Positions 35,640 to 45,467 are shown, counted from the first letter of the stretch. The stretch is 64,000 nt of DNA from an uncultured Bacilli bacterium (GCA_947632065.1 CANRNO010000004.1:42-64041); one strand, 5' to 3'. Notes: generated from the letters alone by a model not told the origin. Translations and numbers: made by a program.

Positions 35640-36200
35640 TTAATATATTTTTTTTATTGTTTTATTTTTTAAATTTAGTTTATGAATACTACCATGTGTT
35701 ACATCATATTGTTCTTTATTAGTTGTTGGTGGTTGTCCATTTAAATAGTAATATAACATATTTATTATTCCTCTATGGGTTACTATTAGAGATTTGTCTT
35801 TGTTTTTAAAGTAATCTTCTTTTAGTAAATTTACTACCCTTTTATATAAATCTAACATTGATTCTCCATTTCCTATTTTTTCTTCTATATTCTTAGTATT
35901 AAGATTATTAAGTTCTTCTTCTGTTAGTTTATTTTTCTCTTTTCCAGTTAAGTATCCTTTATCAAGTTCTCTAAGACTTGAATCTTTTATTATATTTTTG
36001 TTTAAACTTTTATTTACGATTTCAGCACTTTCTACAGCTCTTTTTATATCGCTTGTATAAATATTCTCTATTTCTAGATTATTAACTATGTATTGTGTAC
36101 TGTTTTGAATTTGTTCTACTCCTTCTTCTGTTAGGGAAACATCACTATGTCCACCAATGAAATTTTCATCATCTAGACCATGTCTTAATAAATATATCAT
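35640..36200 (-). CDS. Histidine phosphatase superfamily protein (PGM/CobC branch)
   Basis: LLRHG...H near the N-terminus and IVTHRGIIN later. Confidence 0.75.
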   Translation of the reverse strand: MIYLLRHGLDDENFIGGHSDVSLTEEGVEQIQNSTQYIVNNLEIENIYTSDIKRAVESAEIVNKSLNKNIIKDSSLRELDKGYLTGKEKNKLTEEELNNLNTKNIEEKIGNGESMLDLYKRVVNLLKEDYFKNKDKSLIVTHRGIINMLYYYLNGQPPTTNKEQYDVTHGSIHKLNLKNKTIKKIY

Positions 36201-36210
36201 TTAATCACCT

Positions 36211-36891
36211 CTACTTTTTAAATATATCTTTATTTTCTATTCCTTCTTTAAATTTATATAATTTGGCTTTTTTACGTCCTACAAAATTGATTTCTTCTCC
36301 TGTTGCATATATTAAATTTAAGTTTAATAATTTTTTTCTAAAGTTTCTTCTATCTAATTCTTTTTCTAAAATAACTTCATATATCTTTTGGATTTCTGGA
36401 ATAGTAAAACCATTTGGATATAAGGCTTTTAACATATCAGTATTTAATATTTTTTCTTTTAAGTATTTTACTGATTTATCTATTATTTCATTATGATCAT
36501 ATGCAAGAGAAGGTATTTCATCTAAAGCAAACCATTCAGCATTACTAGTTTTTAATGTATCAGTTAGAATTTTTACTTTATTAGAATCTATTATTCCTAT
36601 GTAAGAGATTGCAACCATTCTCATTACTGGAGATCTATCTTTTTTACCAAATACATCACAAAGTCTTAAATCTATATCTTTTATACCAGTTTTTTCAAAT
36701 ATTTCTCTTCTAAGACCTTCTTCTAAATCTTCGTCATTATATAATGCTCCTCCTGTTAAAGCCCACATGTCTTTAAAGGGATTATTTTTCCTTTTTATTA
36801 AAAGAACTTTTACTATTCCTTTATCTACTGTAAAAATAGAGGCCATTACATGAATACCTTGATTTTTATATTTTGGGTTTTTTATTTCCAT
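36211..36891 (-). CDS. nrtR: NrtR-like Nudix-related transcriptional regulator (Nudix domain plus C-terminal winged helix)
   Basis: Nudix box GALYNDEDLEEGLRREIFEKTGI, in which the second Glu of the EE pair is replaced by Lys. The C-terminus FTIPEIQKIYEVILEKELDRRNFRKKLL...KAKLYKF matches the NrtR wHTH pattern I recall. Confidence 0.6.
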   Translation of the reverse strand: MEIKNPKYKNQGIHVMASIFTVDKGIVKVLLIKRKNNPFKDMWALTGGALYNDEDLEEGLRREIFEKTGIKDIDLRLCDVFGKKDRSPVMRMVAISYIGIIDSNKVKILTDTLKTSNAEWFALDEIPSLAYDHNEIIDKSVKYLKEKILNTDMLKALYPNGFTIPEIQKIYEVILEKELDRRNFRKKLLNLNLIYATGEEINFVGRKKAKLYKFKEGIENKDIFKK

Positions 36892-36910
36892 TTTCATCAC
36901 CTACAACTAT

Positions 36911-36940
36911 ATTATATGTGTATTTAGATACACTTGTCAA
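36911..36940 (-). promoter_or_regulatory. SigmaA-type promoter with an embedded palindromic operator (GTGTATCTAAATACAC)
   Basis: TTGACA (36940-36935), 18 nt, TATAAT (36916-36911). The spacer contains the inverted repeat GTGTAT-N4-ATACAC (36918-36933). Confidence 0.6.
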
Positions 36941-36963
36941 GATAAAAAAAGAAAAAAGTTAAT

Positions 36964-38451
36964 TTATTTTAAAACTTTTGTCTTTTGAGGAGTTTTCATA
37001 GTATTTATTAAAGGGTTTTGTATCATTTTAAATAGTGCGATATTTACTGCGATTAAAGATGCTAGTCTACCCATTTGGTGCATCATATATTTAAATGGTG
37101 TATTTTCTTTTGGTTGTTCTTTCTTCTTTATGATTTTCTTTTTTTCTTCTTTTTTCTTTAATAATCTTAACTTTTTCTTTTTTGGTTTAGTTTTGTTATT
37201 TTCGAAGTTCATTTTTAATACTTTTTTTCTTTCTTCTTTTGTAATAGAATTTTTATCTGATTTTTCTTCATCTAAGCCATTTTCTTTTATTATCTCTTGT
37301 ATTTTATCTTGAGTTAGTTGTTCTTCTTCTATATCTTCTATTAAGTCTACTACTTCTTGTTGTTCTTGGATATTTTTTTGGTTTTCTGATAAACTTTCTT
37401 CTGGTTTATTTTTCTCTTCTATTAGAGTCTCATCTTCTATTATTGTTAAATCTTCGTTTTCTTTTTCATTTTCGCTTAATACTTTTATTACTCCTACTGC
37501 AAGGGATGCTTTAGCAATAGTTGGTGCGGCGATAACTGTTGTTGTACCAAGTCCTATAATAGATGCCGCTGTAAGGGTATTTTTTAATAGTTTGTTTTGA
37601 TCTTCTTTTGCTTCCAATGCTTTTATTATTTCTTCTTCTGTTAAATAATCTTCATTTTTTATTTCTTTTTGTTTCTTTTTAATGTTTTCTTTTTCTTGAA
37701 CAGTAATCACTACTTCTTTTTTATCTTTTGTAGTGGTTTCGTTTCTTTTTGGTTTTATTTTTTCATCTTCTTTAGAAATTATAGTTTTAGCAGCAGATGC
37801 AACAGTTGCGTTTGTTAGCATTGCGGTAATTTTAATATTGTCTTTTATTTTATCTGATTTTTCTTTTTTGATAGCATTTTCTTCTATTATCTCTTTTTTA
37901 TTTTTTTCTAATAGAACTTGGGTTGCTCCTACTAATGAAGTTGCGCTTATCATTGATACCATTTTTATATTGTCTTTTAAGTTAGTGCTTGGTTTTATAT
38001 TTTCTTGTTGTGGTCTTTTTAATATTTCTTTTGACTTTTCTATTAAGTCTTTTATTTCTTTTTGTTCTTCTTTAGTATAGTAATTAATATTTTCATTAAA
38101 AATCCTTTCTTGTTCTTTTAAAAGTCTTATAATTAATAATAATTCTTCTTTTTTCTTCTTTCTTCTAAGTAGTAACTTTAATTTTTGTAAGTTTAATTTT
38201 AGACATTTCTTTTTTATTATAGATAATAATTTTTTTAATTCTTCTAAATATATAAGTCCTTCTTGTTCGTTTGTATATAGGGTTATTATTTTTTCTATAT
38301 CATTTTCTTCTATGGTTATAAATTTACTATCTAAATCATCTAAGACATCAAATAATTTATTTGTAAAATTATAATCAATGTCTATTACAAAATTTAATTC
38401 TTCTTCTATTTTAGCATGTACATTAATTATATCTTGCATAAGATTATTCAT
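36964..38451 (-). CDS. Hypothetical K/E-rich protein with several short hydrophobic segments (495 aa)
   Basis: Long ORF. Low-complexity lysine/glutamate runs are interrupted by A/T/V-rich segments, and there is a hydrophobic C-terminus. No recognised family. Confidence 0.55.
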   Translation of the reverse strand: MNNLMQDIINVHAKIEEELNFVIDIDYNFTNKLFDVLDDLDSKFITIEENDIEKIITLYTNEQEGLIYLEELKKLLSIIKKKCLKLNLQKLKLLLRRKKKKEELLLIIRLLKEQERIFNENINYYTKEEQKEIKDLIEKSKEILKRPQQENIKPSTNLKDNIKMVSMISATSLVGATQVLLEKNKKEIIEENAIKKEKSDKIKDNIKITAMLTNATVASAAKTIISKEDEKIKPKRNETTTKDKKEVVITVQEKENIKKKQKEIKNEDYLTEEEIIKALEAKEDQNKLLKNTLTAASIIGLGTTTVIAAPTIAKASLAVGVIKVLSENEKENEDLTIIEDETLIEEKNKPEESLSENQKNIQEQQEVVDLIEDIEEEQLTQDKIQEIIKENGLDEEKSDKNSITKEERKKVLKMNFENNKTKPKKKKLRLLKKKEEKKKIIKKKEQPKENTPFKYMMHQMGRLASLIAVNIALFKMIQNPLINTMKTPQKTKVLK

Positions 38452-38513
38452 ATAATCACCCCAGACTTATATATCAAAATCTTCTATATTATATCATAAA
38501 AATAGTAAAGATA

Positions 38514-39791
38514 CTACTTATTTGGTAGCATCTTTACAACTGCGATATTATTTAAATTAATATTTTTTATTATTTTATCTATTTCTTTTTTATTTAAACT
38601 ACGTATTATATCTATTTTATCAGGAATTACATTTCCATATTTTAATATATCATCATATTGATTATATACAGTGTTATCTATAATATCTATCATTTTTACT
38701 TCATTTGCGATCCAAACTTTTTTAATTCTGTTTAAATCTTCTTCTTTTACTTCTATTTCTTTAATAGATTTTTTTAAATAATTTATAAATTTGTCTGGTT
38801 CATTTGTTTCTGAGACAAATTGTAAAACTCTAAAATTATCTGCACTTTCCATACTAGTATAAAAAGAATTGAATAATTTTTCTTCTCTTAATGTTTCTCT
38901 AAAGTCTGATGATATTCCAAACATAGTACTTAAAAGCATTTGTAGATATAAATCAAGTTTAAAATCATCTTTAAATTTTAATTTATCTTTATTTATTTTT
39001 AAAGCGACTCCTACTTTAGGTATTTGAATATTTTTTGTGATTGTTTCTTCTTTTTTAAATACTGAATCTGGTTCTTTATATTTTTTTTGAATTATAGTAC
39101 CACTTTTATGATTTTCATAGTTATTTAGAGTGTCTTTTATTGTTTTTAAAGCTTCATTCTTATTGAAAGATCCTACTATAAGTAAGAACATATTATTAGG
39201 TTTATAGAAAGTATTATAGCAGTTATATAAATCTTCTTTTGTTATTTTTTGTATATCTTCTACACTTCCTCCTATATCTATTCTTCTAGGATGATTTTTA
39301 TATGTTATTTCTCTTAATTTATCTTCAAGTACTGTTTCTGCGATATCTTCATGCATTTTTAATTCTTCTGCGATAATACCTTTTTCTTTTTCTACGTTTT
39401 CATCTGTAAAATATGGTTCATTGACAAAACTTAATAGAAATTCTAAGTTTTCAAGAAAATATTTCGTTCCATAACAAATATATTGAGTTGAATCAAATGA
39501 TGTCATAGCGTTGTATCCTGTTCCATATTTAGATCCAAAGACAAATGGACTTTCTCTATTTTCGTTTTCAAACATTTTATGTTCTAGGAAATGAGCAACT
39601 CCGTTTGGTACTTTTATTTGACGCTTTTTACCTTCTGGGGTGAATTCTGTTGTGATTGATCCGAATCTTGTAGCATAACTAATATAATAGTTTTTTTTAT
39701 CATCATATGGAATCATATATATATCTAAACCATTTTCTAGTTTTTCATAAAATACTGTCTTTTCTAATCCGGCAAGTTCAACTTTTTTCAT
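38514..39791 (-). CDS. M16-family zinc peptidase, active subunit (HxxEH present)
   Basis: GVAHFLEHKMFE contains the inverted zincin motif HFLEH. Overlaps the upstream M16 gene by 4 nt. Confidence 0.85.
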   Translation of the reverse strand: MKKVELAGLEKTVFYEKLENGLDIYMIPYDDKKNYYISYATRFGSITTEFTPEGKKRQIKVPNGVAHFLEHKMFENENRESPFVFGSKYGTGYNAMTSFDSTQYICYGTKYFLENLEFLLSFVNEPYFTDENVEKEKGIIAEELKMHEDIAETVLEDKLREITYKNHPRRIDIGGSVEDIQKITKEDLYNCYNTFYKPNNMFLLIVGSFNKNEALKTIKDTLNNYENHKSGTIIQKKYKEPDSVFKKEETITKNIQIPKVGVALKINKDKLKFKDDFKLDLYLQMLLSTMFGISSDFRETLREEKLFNSFYTSMESADNFRVLQFVSETNEPDKFINYLKKSIKEIEVKEEDLNRIKKVWIANEVKMIDIIDNTVYNQYDDILKYGNVIPDKIDIIRSLNKKEIDKIIKNINLNNIAVVKMLPNK

Positions 39792-41050
39792 GATTCATCT
39801 CCTTCTAATAAATAAATTGTATCTATTTTGATTTTTTTCGCAACTTTAATAATATCATCTTTTGTTACTTCATTTATTTTTATTCTTCTTGTATCTAAGT
39901 CATCTATTCCTATTAAATCCATTAAATAGTATGCTTCCATTAGGTAAGATGGATTTTCTTCTATCTCTTCTAAAGAGTTTTTATATATTTGAACTGCTTT
40001 AGTAATATCTTCTTCTGTAAAGTCTCCTTTTTTCATTAAAGTTAATTGTTTTTCTATTAATTTAATAGCTTTATCAAAATTTTCTTTGGATATTCCAGCT
40101 CTTATAAGTAAAGTATTATCTAGTTTGTTTGGAATAGAATTTATATAATATACAAGAGATGATTTTTCTCTTACTTCATTAAATAATTTGGAATCTGCAA
40201 AGCCTCCTAGAATTAGACTATAAAGTGTTAAGGTATAGTTTCTTTCGAAAGGTTTTAAAGGTTGTATACGACATCCTATAGCTAGTTTAGATTGTTTATT
40301 ATTCTCTTGTTCTTTTATTATTTTTTTTCTAATGATTTTTTTATCTGATTTAAGTGTTTTGATTTTTACTTTCTTTTTATATGTATTAAATTTAAAGTAT
40401 TTTTTTATTGATTGTTCCATTTCTTTTGTATTGAAATCCCCTATTACAGAAATATCTACTCTATCTTTTTTTATCATATTTTCATAGTATTCATAAATAC
40501 TTTTTGGTGTTGTGGATTCTAAGTCAGATAAGTATCCTACCATACGATAAGACATTGGAGAAGTTGGATCCATATTTTCAAGACAACGTATTAAACTATA
40601 ATATGAAGAATTTTCTTTTATTCCTGTTAAAGATGTTTTAGCATTATCATAAATAAGATCAAAAACTTCGTGATTAAATTCTTTATTTTCAACATTAGGA
40701 TTAAATATAACTTCACTAAAGAATTCTAGACTGTTAGAAAAGTTATCTTTTTCTGTATATTTATCATTTAGACATGATAAAGTAAATTCTGTATTTATAT
40801 GGTCTCCTAATCTTGTATTACCAGCAGTTAGGTTAATAGCATATAAATCTTGTGTTTTTATAACTAATTCTTTTTTTGTCTTATAATTTTTAGTTGAATG
40901 TGTAAGTAGATCTGTTAAGAGATTACGTACAGTAATATCTTCTTTGTGTATTTTATTTCTAAAATTAATTTTTACAGTAATTGTTTTGAATTTTTTTGTT
41001 TTTATTAGGTGCAAATTATATGAACCCATATCTATGCTTTTATATTTCAT
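39788..41050 (-). CDS. M16-family peptidase-like protein, non-catalytic subunit
   Basis: M16 fold pattern but no HxxEH at the equivalent position (LLTDLLTHSTKN). Pairs with the downstream gene like YmfF/YmfH. Confidence 0.75.
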   Translation of the reverse strand: MKYKSIDMGSYNLHLIKTKKFKTITVKINFRNKIHKEDITVRNLLTDLLTHSTKNYKTKKELVIKTQDLYAINLTAGNTRLGDHINTEFTLSCLNDKYTEKDNFSNSLEFFSEVIFNPNVENKEFNHEVFDLIYDNAKTSLTGIKENSSYYSLIRCLENMDPTSPMSYRMVGYLSDLESTTPKSIYEYYENMIKKDRVDISVIGDFNTKEMEQSIKKYFKFNTYKKKVKIKTLKSDKKIIRKKIIKEQENNKQSKLAIGCRIQPLKPFERNYTLTLYSLILGGFADSKLFNEVREKSSLVYYINSIPNKLDNTLLIRAGISKENFDKAIKLIEKQLTLMKKGDFTEEDITKAVQIYKNSLEEIEENPSYLMEAYYLMDLIGIDDLDTRRIKINEVTKDDIIKVAKKIKIDTIYLLEGDES

Positions 41051-41100
41051 TTTTTCACCTCGCTTTTAGTATATACTTATTTTTCAATTTAATGTGAATA

Positions 41101-41820
41101 TTATAATGATTCTAGTGCTATTTTAATCATTTTATCTAATTTCTTTTCTCTTTCTTCACTTGTTATTTCTTTATTATCTTTTAGACTGTCTGATACTGTT
41201 AAAAGACTTGCTGCTTGTTTATTTAATTTATGTGCTAAATAGAAAAGACAGAATGTTTCCATATCATTTCCTAAAGAATTTAAATCTTTAGGAAATGGAT
41301 CTTTATATTTTGAATAATCTATGTATGGATCAAAAACATCTGATGTTATAATTAATCCTCTTTTATATTCAATATTTTGTTCTTTTATTACTTCTTCTAT
41401 ATAGTCTGTTAATTCTTTTGTGGCACTTATTTTATTAATATCATCTGCAGCATATATTTTTGGAAAAGTTGAAAGACTATATGCTTCATCAGCTAAAATA
41501 ATATCTAATAGTTTTATTCCTTCGTGTTTAGAACCGCATGAACCTATTCTTATTATTTTTTCTACATTATGAAATTTATATAATTCATAGGCATATATTC
41601 CCATGCTAGGAATACCCATACCACTTGAAAAGACTGTAACTTCTTTTCCTTTATAGTATCCTGTATAACCAAGATTATTTCTTACTGTGTTAACAATGCG
41701 AACATTTTCTAAGTATTTTTCTGATATGTATTTAGCACGTAATGGATCTCCTGGCATTATAACAGTTTTAGCAATATCACCAATTTTATTTTTCATATGT
41801 GGAGTTGATATAATAGACAT
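41101..41820 (-). CDS. deoD: Purine nucleoside phosphorylase, DeoD type
   Basis: STPHM....IAKTVIMPGDPLRAKYI...GMGIPS..IY..EL...GSCG. Confidence 0.9.
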   Translation of the reverse strand: MSIISTPHMKNKIGDIAKTVIMPGDPLRAKYISEKYLENVRIVNTVRNNLGYTGYYKGKEVTVFSSGMGIPSMGIYAYELYKFHNVEKIIRIGSCGSKHEGIKLLDIILADEAYSLSTFPKIYAADDINKISATKELTDYIEEVIKEQNIEYKRGLIITSDVFDPYIDYSKYKDPFPKDLNSLGNDMETFCLFYLAHKLNKQAASLLTVSDSLKDNKEITSEEREKKLDKMIKIALESL

Positions 41821-41861
41821 AATTTACCTCCTTTTAGTCATAATACTATTATAACATATTA

Positions 41862-41886
41862 AGAAAAAAAGAATAGTATTATTCTT
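41862..41886 (-). terminator. Rho-independent terminator after ftsK
   Basis: agaata (41870-41875) / tattct (41880-41885). The A8 run at 41862-41869 gives a U-run on the minus strand. Confidence 0.6.
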
Positions 41887-44134
41887 CTGGTTCTTCCTCG
41901 CTTTCGAGTTTGACCAATACTACTCTTGGTTTTGATCCGTTTGGTGGACCAATAATTCCTCTTTCTTCTAATAAATCGATAATTCTGGCTGCTCTATTGT
42001 AACCTAATTTAAATCTTCTTTGTAGAAGAGATGCACTAGCTTTTTGGTTTTGAACTACGAATTCTACTATATCATTGTATAGTGGATCATCGTATTCTTC
42101 TTTTTGATTTGCATCTTCTATTTGACTAGCGCTTTTATCACCACTTGCTTCATTAGGATCTAAATTCATCATTTTTTCATCGTATTCTGCTTTTTGTTGT
42201 TCTACTGTATGATCTATAATTCTTTTTATTTCATCATCAGAGATGAATGCTCCTTGTACACGTTGGGCTGTTGCTTCACCCATTGGTAAAAACAACATAT
42301 CTCCTCTTCCAAGTAATTTTTCTGCTCCTCCTGAATCTAGAATTGTTCTAGAATCTATTTGGGAAGATACTGTGAAAGCTATACGTGATGGGATGTTTGC
42401 TTTAACAACACCTGTGATAACATCAGTAGAAGGTCTTTGTGTTGCGATAATTAAATGAATACCTGCTGCACGAGCCATTTGAGTAATTCTCATTATGGAT
42501 GACTCTACATCTTTTGCAGCAACTAACATTAAGTCTGCAAGTTCATCAACTATTACTACGATAAATGGCATTTTCTTTAGTTGATCATCTTCACTACGTT
42601 TTTTATTTTCTTTTTCTATATAGTTATTATAAGTTCCAATATTTTTAGTTTTAGTTTCTTCAAAAACATCATAACGTCTTTCCATTTCGCTTACTATTTT
42701 TCCTAAGGCAATACTTGCTTTTTTAGGATCTGTAACTACTGGACACATTAAGTGTGGAACTCCATTGTATAAAGATAATTCTACTTTTTTAGGATCGACC
42801 ATCATAAGTTTTACTTCATCTGGTCTTGCACGCATTAGAATAGATGCGATAATACCATTAATACATACTGATTTACCTGCACCAGTTGCTCCTGCGACAA
42901 GTAAGTGTGGTGTTTTATTAATCTCACACCAAATAACATTACCCATGATGTTTTTACCAAGTGGTACTAGAAGTTTAGAATCTTTTTTACTAGCAGGTAC
43001 TTTTTCTAGAACTTCTCTAAATGTTACAGGTACAGCCTCATCATTTGGTATTTCTACTCCAACTGTATTTTTACCTGGGATAGGAGCTTCAATTCTTACA
43101 TCTTTTTTGGCAAGAGATAAAGCTATTTCTTTATTTAAACTAACTATTTTACTTAATTTAGTTCCTGATTTAATCTCTAATTCATATTGAGTAACAGTTG
43201 GTCCGACATGGACTTCTACTACTTTTCCGCTTACTCCAAAGTCTTTTAGGACTCTTTCTAGAGTAACAATATTTTTTTCTATTGCACTTTGATTAGCATT
43301 TTTCTTTTTGTTTTTAGGTTTATCTAAAATATCTAATGTTGGTAGTTGATAATTTCTATTGTAATTACTAGATACAGTTTCAACACTTTTATGTTCTTCT
43401 GTATCTGGTATATCTTTTGCATTAGTAATTTTATCTATACTTGATACAACAATTTGTTTATTATCTTCCTCTTCTTCATCTTCTCCATTACTAATGATAA
43501 CAGATGATTTTTTATTTTCTTCTTCATCATCTTTTTGCTTGTTGGATCTTTTTTCTTTACTTTTAGCATAACCTCTTTTAATAGCATCTACTACTGAGAA
43601 TCCAGTAAATAAACTTAATCCTGCTCCTACTAGAACCCACGCAACTATTTGCATTCCTGTTAGAGCGAATAACTTGTCAAAACAAATAGCGAATGCTCCT
43701 CCTAGTATTCCTCCTCCAAGTTCAAATATAGAATTAACTGTTCCTGTTGTCATTACGCTATTAAAGGATATTACAAGTTCATCTAAAGTATCTTGAAATA
43801 TTAAGGCAACATTTCCTTCGTTTGCGATAACATATTCTCTATGCATTAATACTAAAAGTCCAATGGTTAACATGTAAAGACCTATTAATTTGGTAGTAAA
43901 AAAGTCTGGAAATTCTCTTTTAATAATTAAGTATATTCCTATTATAAATAAAACTACTAAAAATATTCCATAACCACTTCCTACTAAAAATATTCCAAAT
44001 GATGCGATTAGTTTTCCAATAGGTCCATATTTACCAATACCTAATATGGCCGCAAGTACTAAAAGCACACCGTAAAGTTCAGCGCTATATTCAAAACCAG
44101 TTTTTTTGTTTTTCTTTCTTTTTCTCTTTGCCAT
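41879..44134 (-). CDS. ftsK: DNA translocase FtsK/SpoIIIE
   Basis: N-terminal TM helices, an acidic linker, the motor domain with GATGAGKS and VVIVDELADLM, and a C-terminal gamma wHTH (SLLQRRFKLGYNRAARIID). Confidence 0.95.
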   Translation of the reverse strand: MAKRKRKKNKKTGFEYSAELYGVLLVLAAILGIGKYGPIGKLIASFGIFLVGSGYGIFLVVLFIIGIYLIIKREFPDFFTTKLIGLYMLTIGLLVLMHREYVIANEGNVALIFQDTLDELVISFNSVMTTGTVNSIFELGGGILGGAFAICFDKLFALTGMQIVAWVLVGAGLSLFTGFSVVDAIKRGYAKSKEKRSNKQKDDEEENKKSSVIISNGEDEEEEDNKQIVVSSIDKITNAKDIPDTEEHKSVETVSSNYNRNYQLPTLDILDKPKNKKKNANQSAIEKNIVTLERVLKDFGVSGKVVEVHVGPTVTQYELEIKSGTKLSKIVSLNKEIALSLAKKDVRIEAPIPGKNTVGVEIPNDEAVPVTFREVLEKVPASKKDSKLLVPLGKNIMGNVIWCEINKTPHLLVAGATGAGKSVCINGIIASILMRARPDEVKLMMVDPKKVELSLYNGVPHLMCPVVTDPKKASIALGKIVSEMERRYDVFEETKTKNIGTYNNYIEKENKKRSEDDQLKKMPFIVVIVDELADLMLVAAKDVESSIMRITQMARAAGIHLIIATQRPSTDVITGVVKANIPSRIAFTVSSQIDSRTILDSGGAEKLLGRGDMLFLPMGEATAQRVQGAFISDDEIKRIIDHTVEQQKAEYDEKMMNLDPNEASGDKSASQIEDANQKEEYDDPLYNDIVEFVVQNQKASASLLQRRFKLGYNRAARIIDLLEERGIIGPPNGSKPRVVLVKLESEEEPEE

Positions 44135-44179
44135 ATTATCTACTCCTCATTATAAATTATATCATTAAAAAAAAATTAT

Positions 44180-44212
44180 GAAAAGAAAAAGCATCAATTT
44201 TAATGCTTTTTT
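44180..44212 (-). terminator. Rho-independent terminator after the 81-aa ORF
   Basis: aaaagcat (44187-44194) / atgctttt (44203-44210) with a U-run on the minus strand. Confidence 0.65.
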
Positions 44213-44219
44213 ACAATAC

Positions 44220-44465
44220 TTATTTTTTACTCATTATTTCATTTACTTTATCTATTATATTATCTTCTAATTCTTCTTCAGTTAAATCTTCGAAATTTGT
44301 ATTTTTTAAATAATTAAGAAACTCCTCTTTCATTTTTACGTTATTTAAATACTTCACTGTAATTGCGGCCGCTAAATGTCTATTTATTTCTAATTCTACC
44401 ATAATGGTTATTAATTCTTTTTCTTGTTCAGTTAATTCTTTCAACTTCATTATAAGATTTACCAC
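44220..44465 (-). CDS. Hypothetical small acidic helical protein (81 aa; start uncertain)
   Basis: The ORF starts 2 nt after the Rpn-like gene stop codon, at GTG 44465 or ATG 44450. Confidence 0.5.
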   Translation of the reverse strand: MVNLIMKLKELTEQEKELITIMVELEINRHLAAAITVKYLNNVKMKEEFLNYLKNTNFEDLTEEELEDNIIDKVNEIMSKK

Positions 44466-44467
44466 CT

Positions 44468-45394
44468 TTATCTACTATTTATACTTAGTATTTGTTTATT
44501 AGATAATCCTGTTACTTCACTAATTAAACTTATATCACATCTTTTATTTAACATGTTTTTTGCGATACTTTCCTTTGCTTTTTGTGATTCTTTTATAGCG
44601 GCTTTTTTTGCTGCCTTTTTAGCAGCAGCTTTCGCTACTTTGCTTTCGCATACTTTCCAATAAAACTCTTCTGCTTGTCTTAATTGATTTTGCATTAAAA
44701 ATTTTTCATTTTTACTTATTCTTTTTGCTTCTTTTCTGTATTCCATTGATATATCATCTCCTTTTCCTTTTATTTTTTCATATTCTTTTTCATCTAATAA
44801 GCAGGATAATAAAAATATTTCACATTTAGTTAACTTAATGTTATTATACATCTTTTCTCTTATTTTTGGAAGTGATATTTGATATATTTTTATATCATCT
44901 AATAAATTTTCATGTCTACTTGCATACATATAACTATCACTGTTTTCTACTTCTTCATTAAATGAGAAATTATTAAAATTGATTAGTATTATATTCTCAT
45001 ATTCATAACTACTTCCTACTCTTCTGGATGATGAATATATTTTATTCATATAATCTATATTTCTTTTTAATACGTCTACTCTACTTTGATTATTCATTTC
45101 TATTAAAATAAATAAATTTTTATATTTGCATAAACAATCAACTGTTCTTCTTGATTCTTTTGGTACATCTTTTTCTAAAATATTGTTTTCAAATACTATA
45201 TTATTAAATAAATCATCATAATCTATATTTAAAAATGTCGATAGAAAGTAGCATAAATATTTTTTTCTTTTAGGATTATTGAACATACTATTAAACATAC
45301 AATCATTAACAAGAGGATAAAATTTTGCTTCTGGTAGTATATTTGATGAGAATTTATTCTTAGTATTTAGTCCTTTATTTAGTAGTGTTTTCAT
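44468..45394 (-). CDS. Rpn/YhgA-like PD-(D/E)XK nuclease family putative transposase (PDDEXK_2)
   Basis: N-terminus PLVNDCMFNSMFNN...YLCYFLS...RTVDCLCKY...ILIEMNNQ fits the PDDEXK_2 pattern. The K/A-rich linker and the C-terminal ISEVTGLSNKQILSI are typical of Firmicute Rpn proteins. The ATG at 45394 has AGGAGA 7 nt upstream. Confidence 0.65.
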   Translation of the reverse strand: MKTLLNKGLNTKNKFSSNILPEAKFYPLVNDCMFNSMFNNPKRKKYLCYFLSTFLNIDYDDLFNNIVFENNILEKDVPKESRRTVDCLCKYKNLFILIEMNNQSRVDVLKRNIDYMNKIYSSSRRVGSSYEYENIILINFNNFSFNEEVENSDSYMYASRHENLLDDIKIYQISLPKIREKMYNNIKLTKCEIFLLSCLLDEKEYEKIKGKGDDISMEYRKEAKRISKNEKFLMQNQLRQAEEFYWKVCESKVAKAAAKKAAKKAAIKESQKAKESIAKNMLNKRCDISLISEVTGLSNKQILSINSR

Positions 45395-45467
45395 GTTTAT
45401 TTCTCCTTTCAATAAGCAATATATCATTAATTAAAATTCTTGTAAAACAAGGCTTTTAATTAATTTA

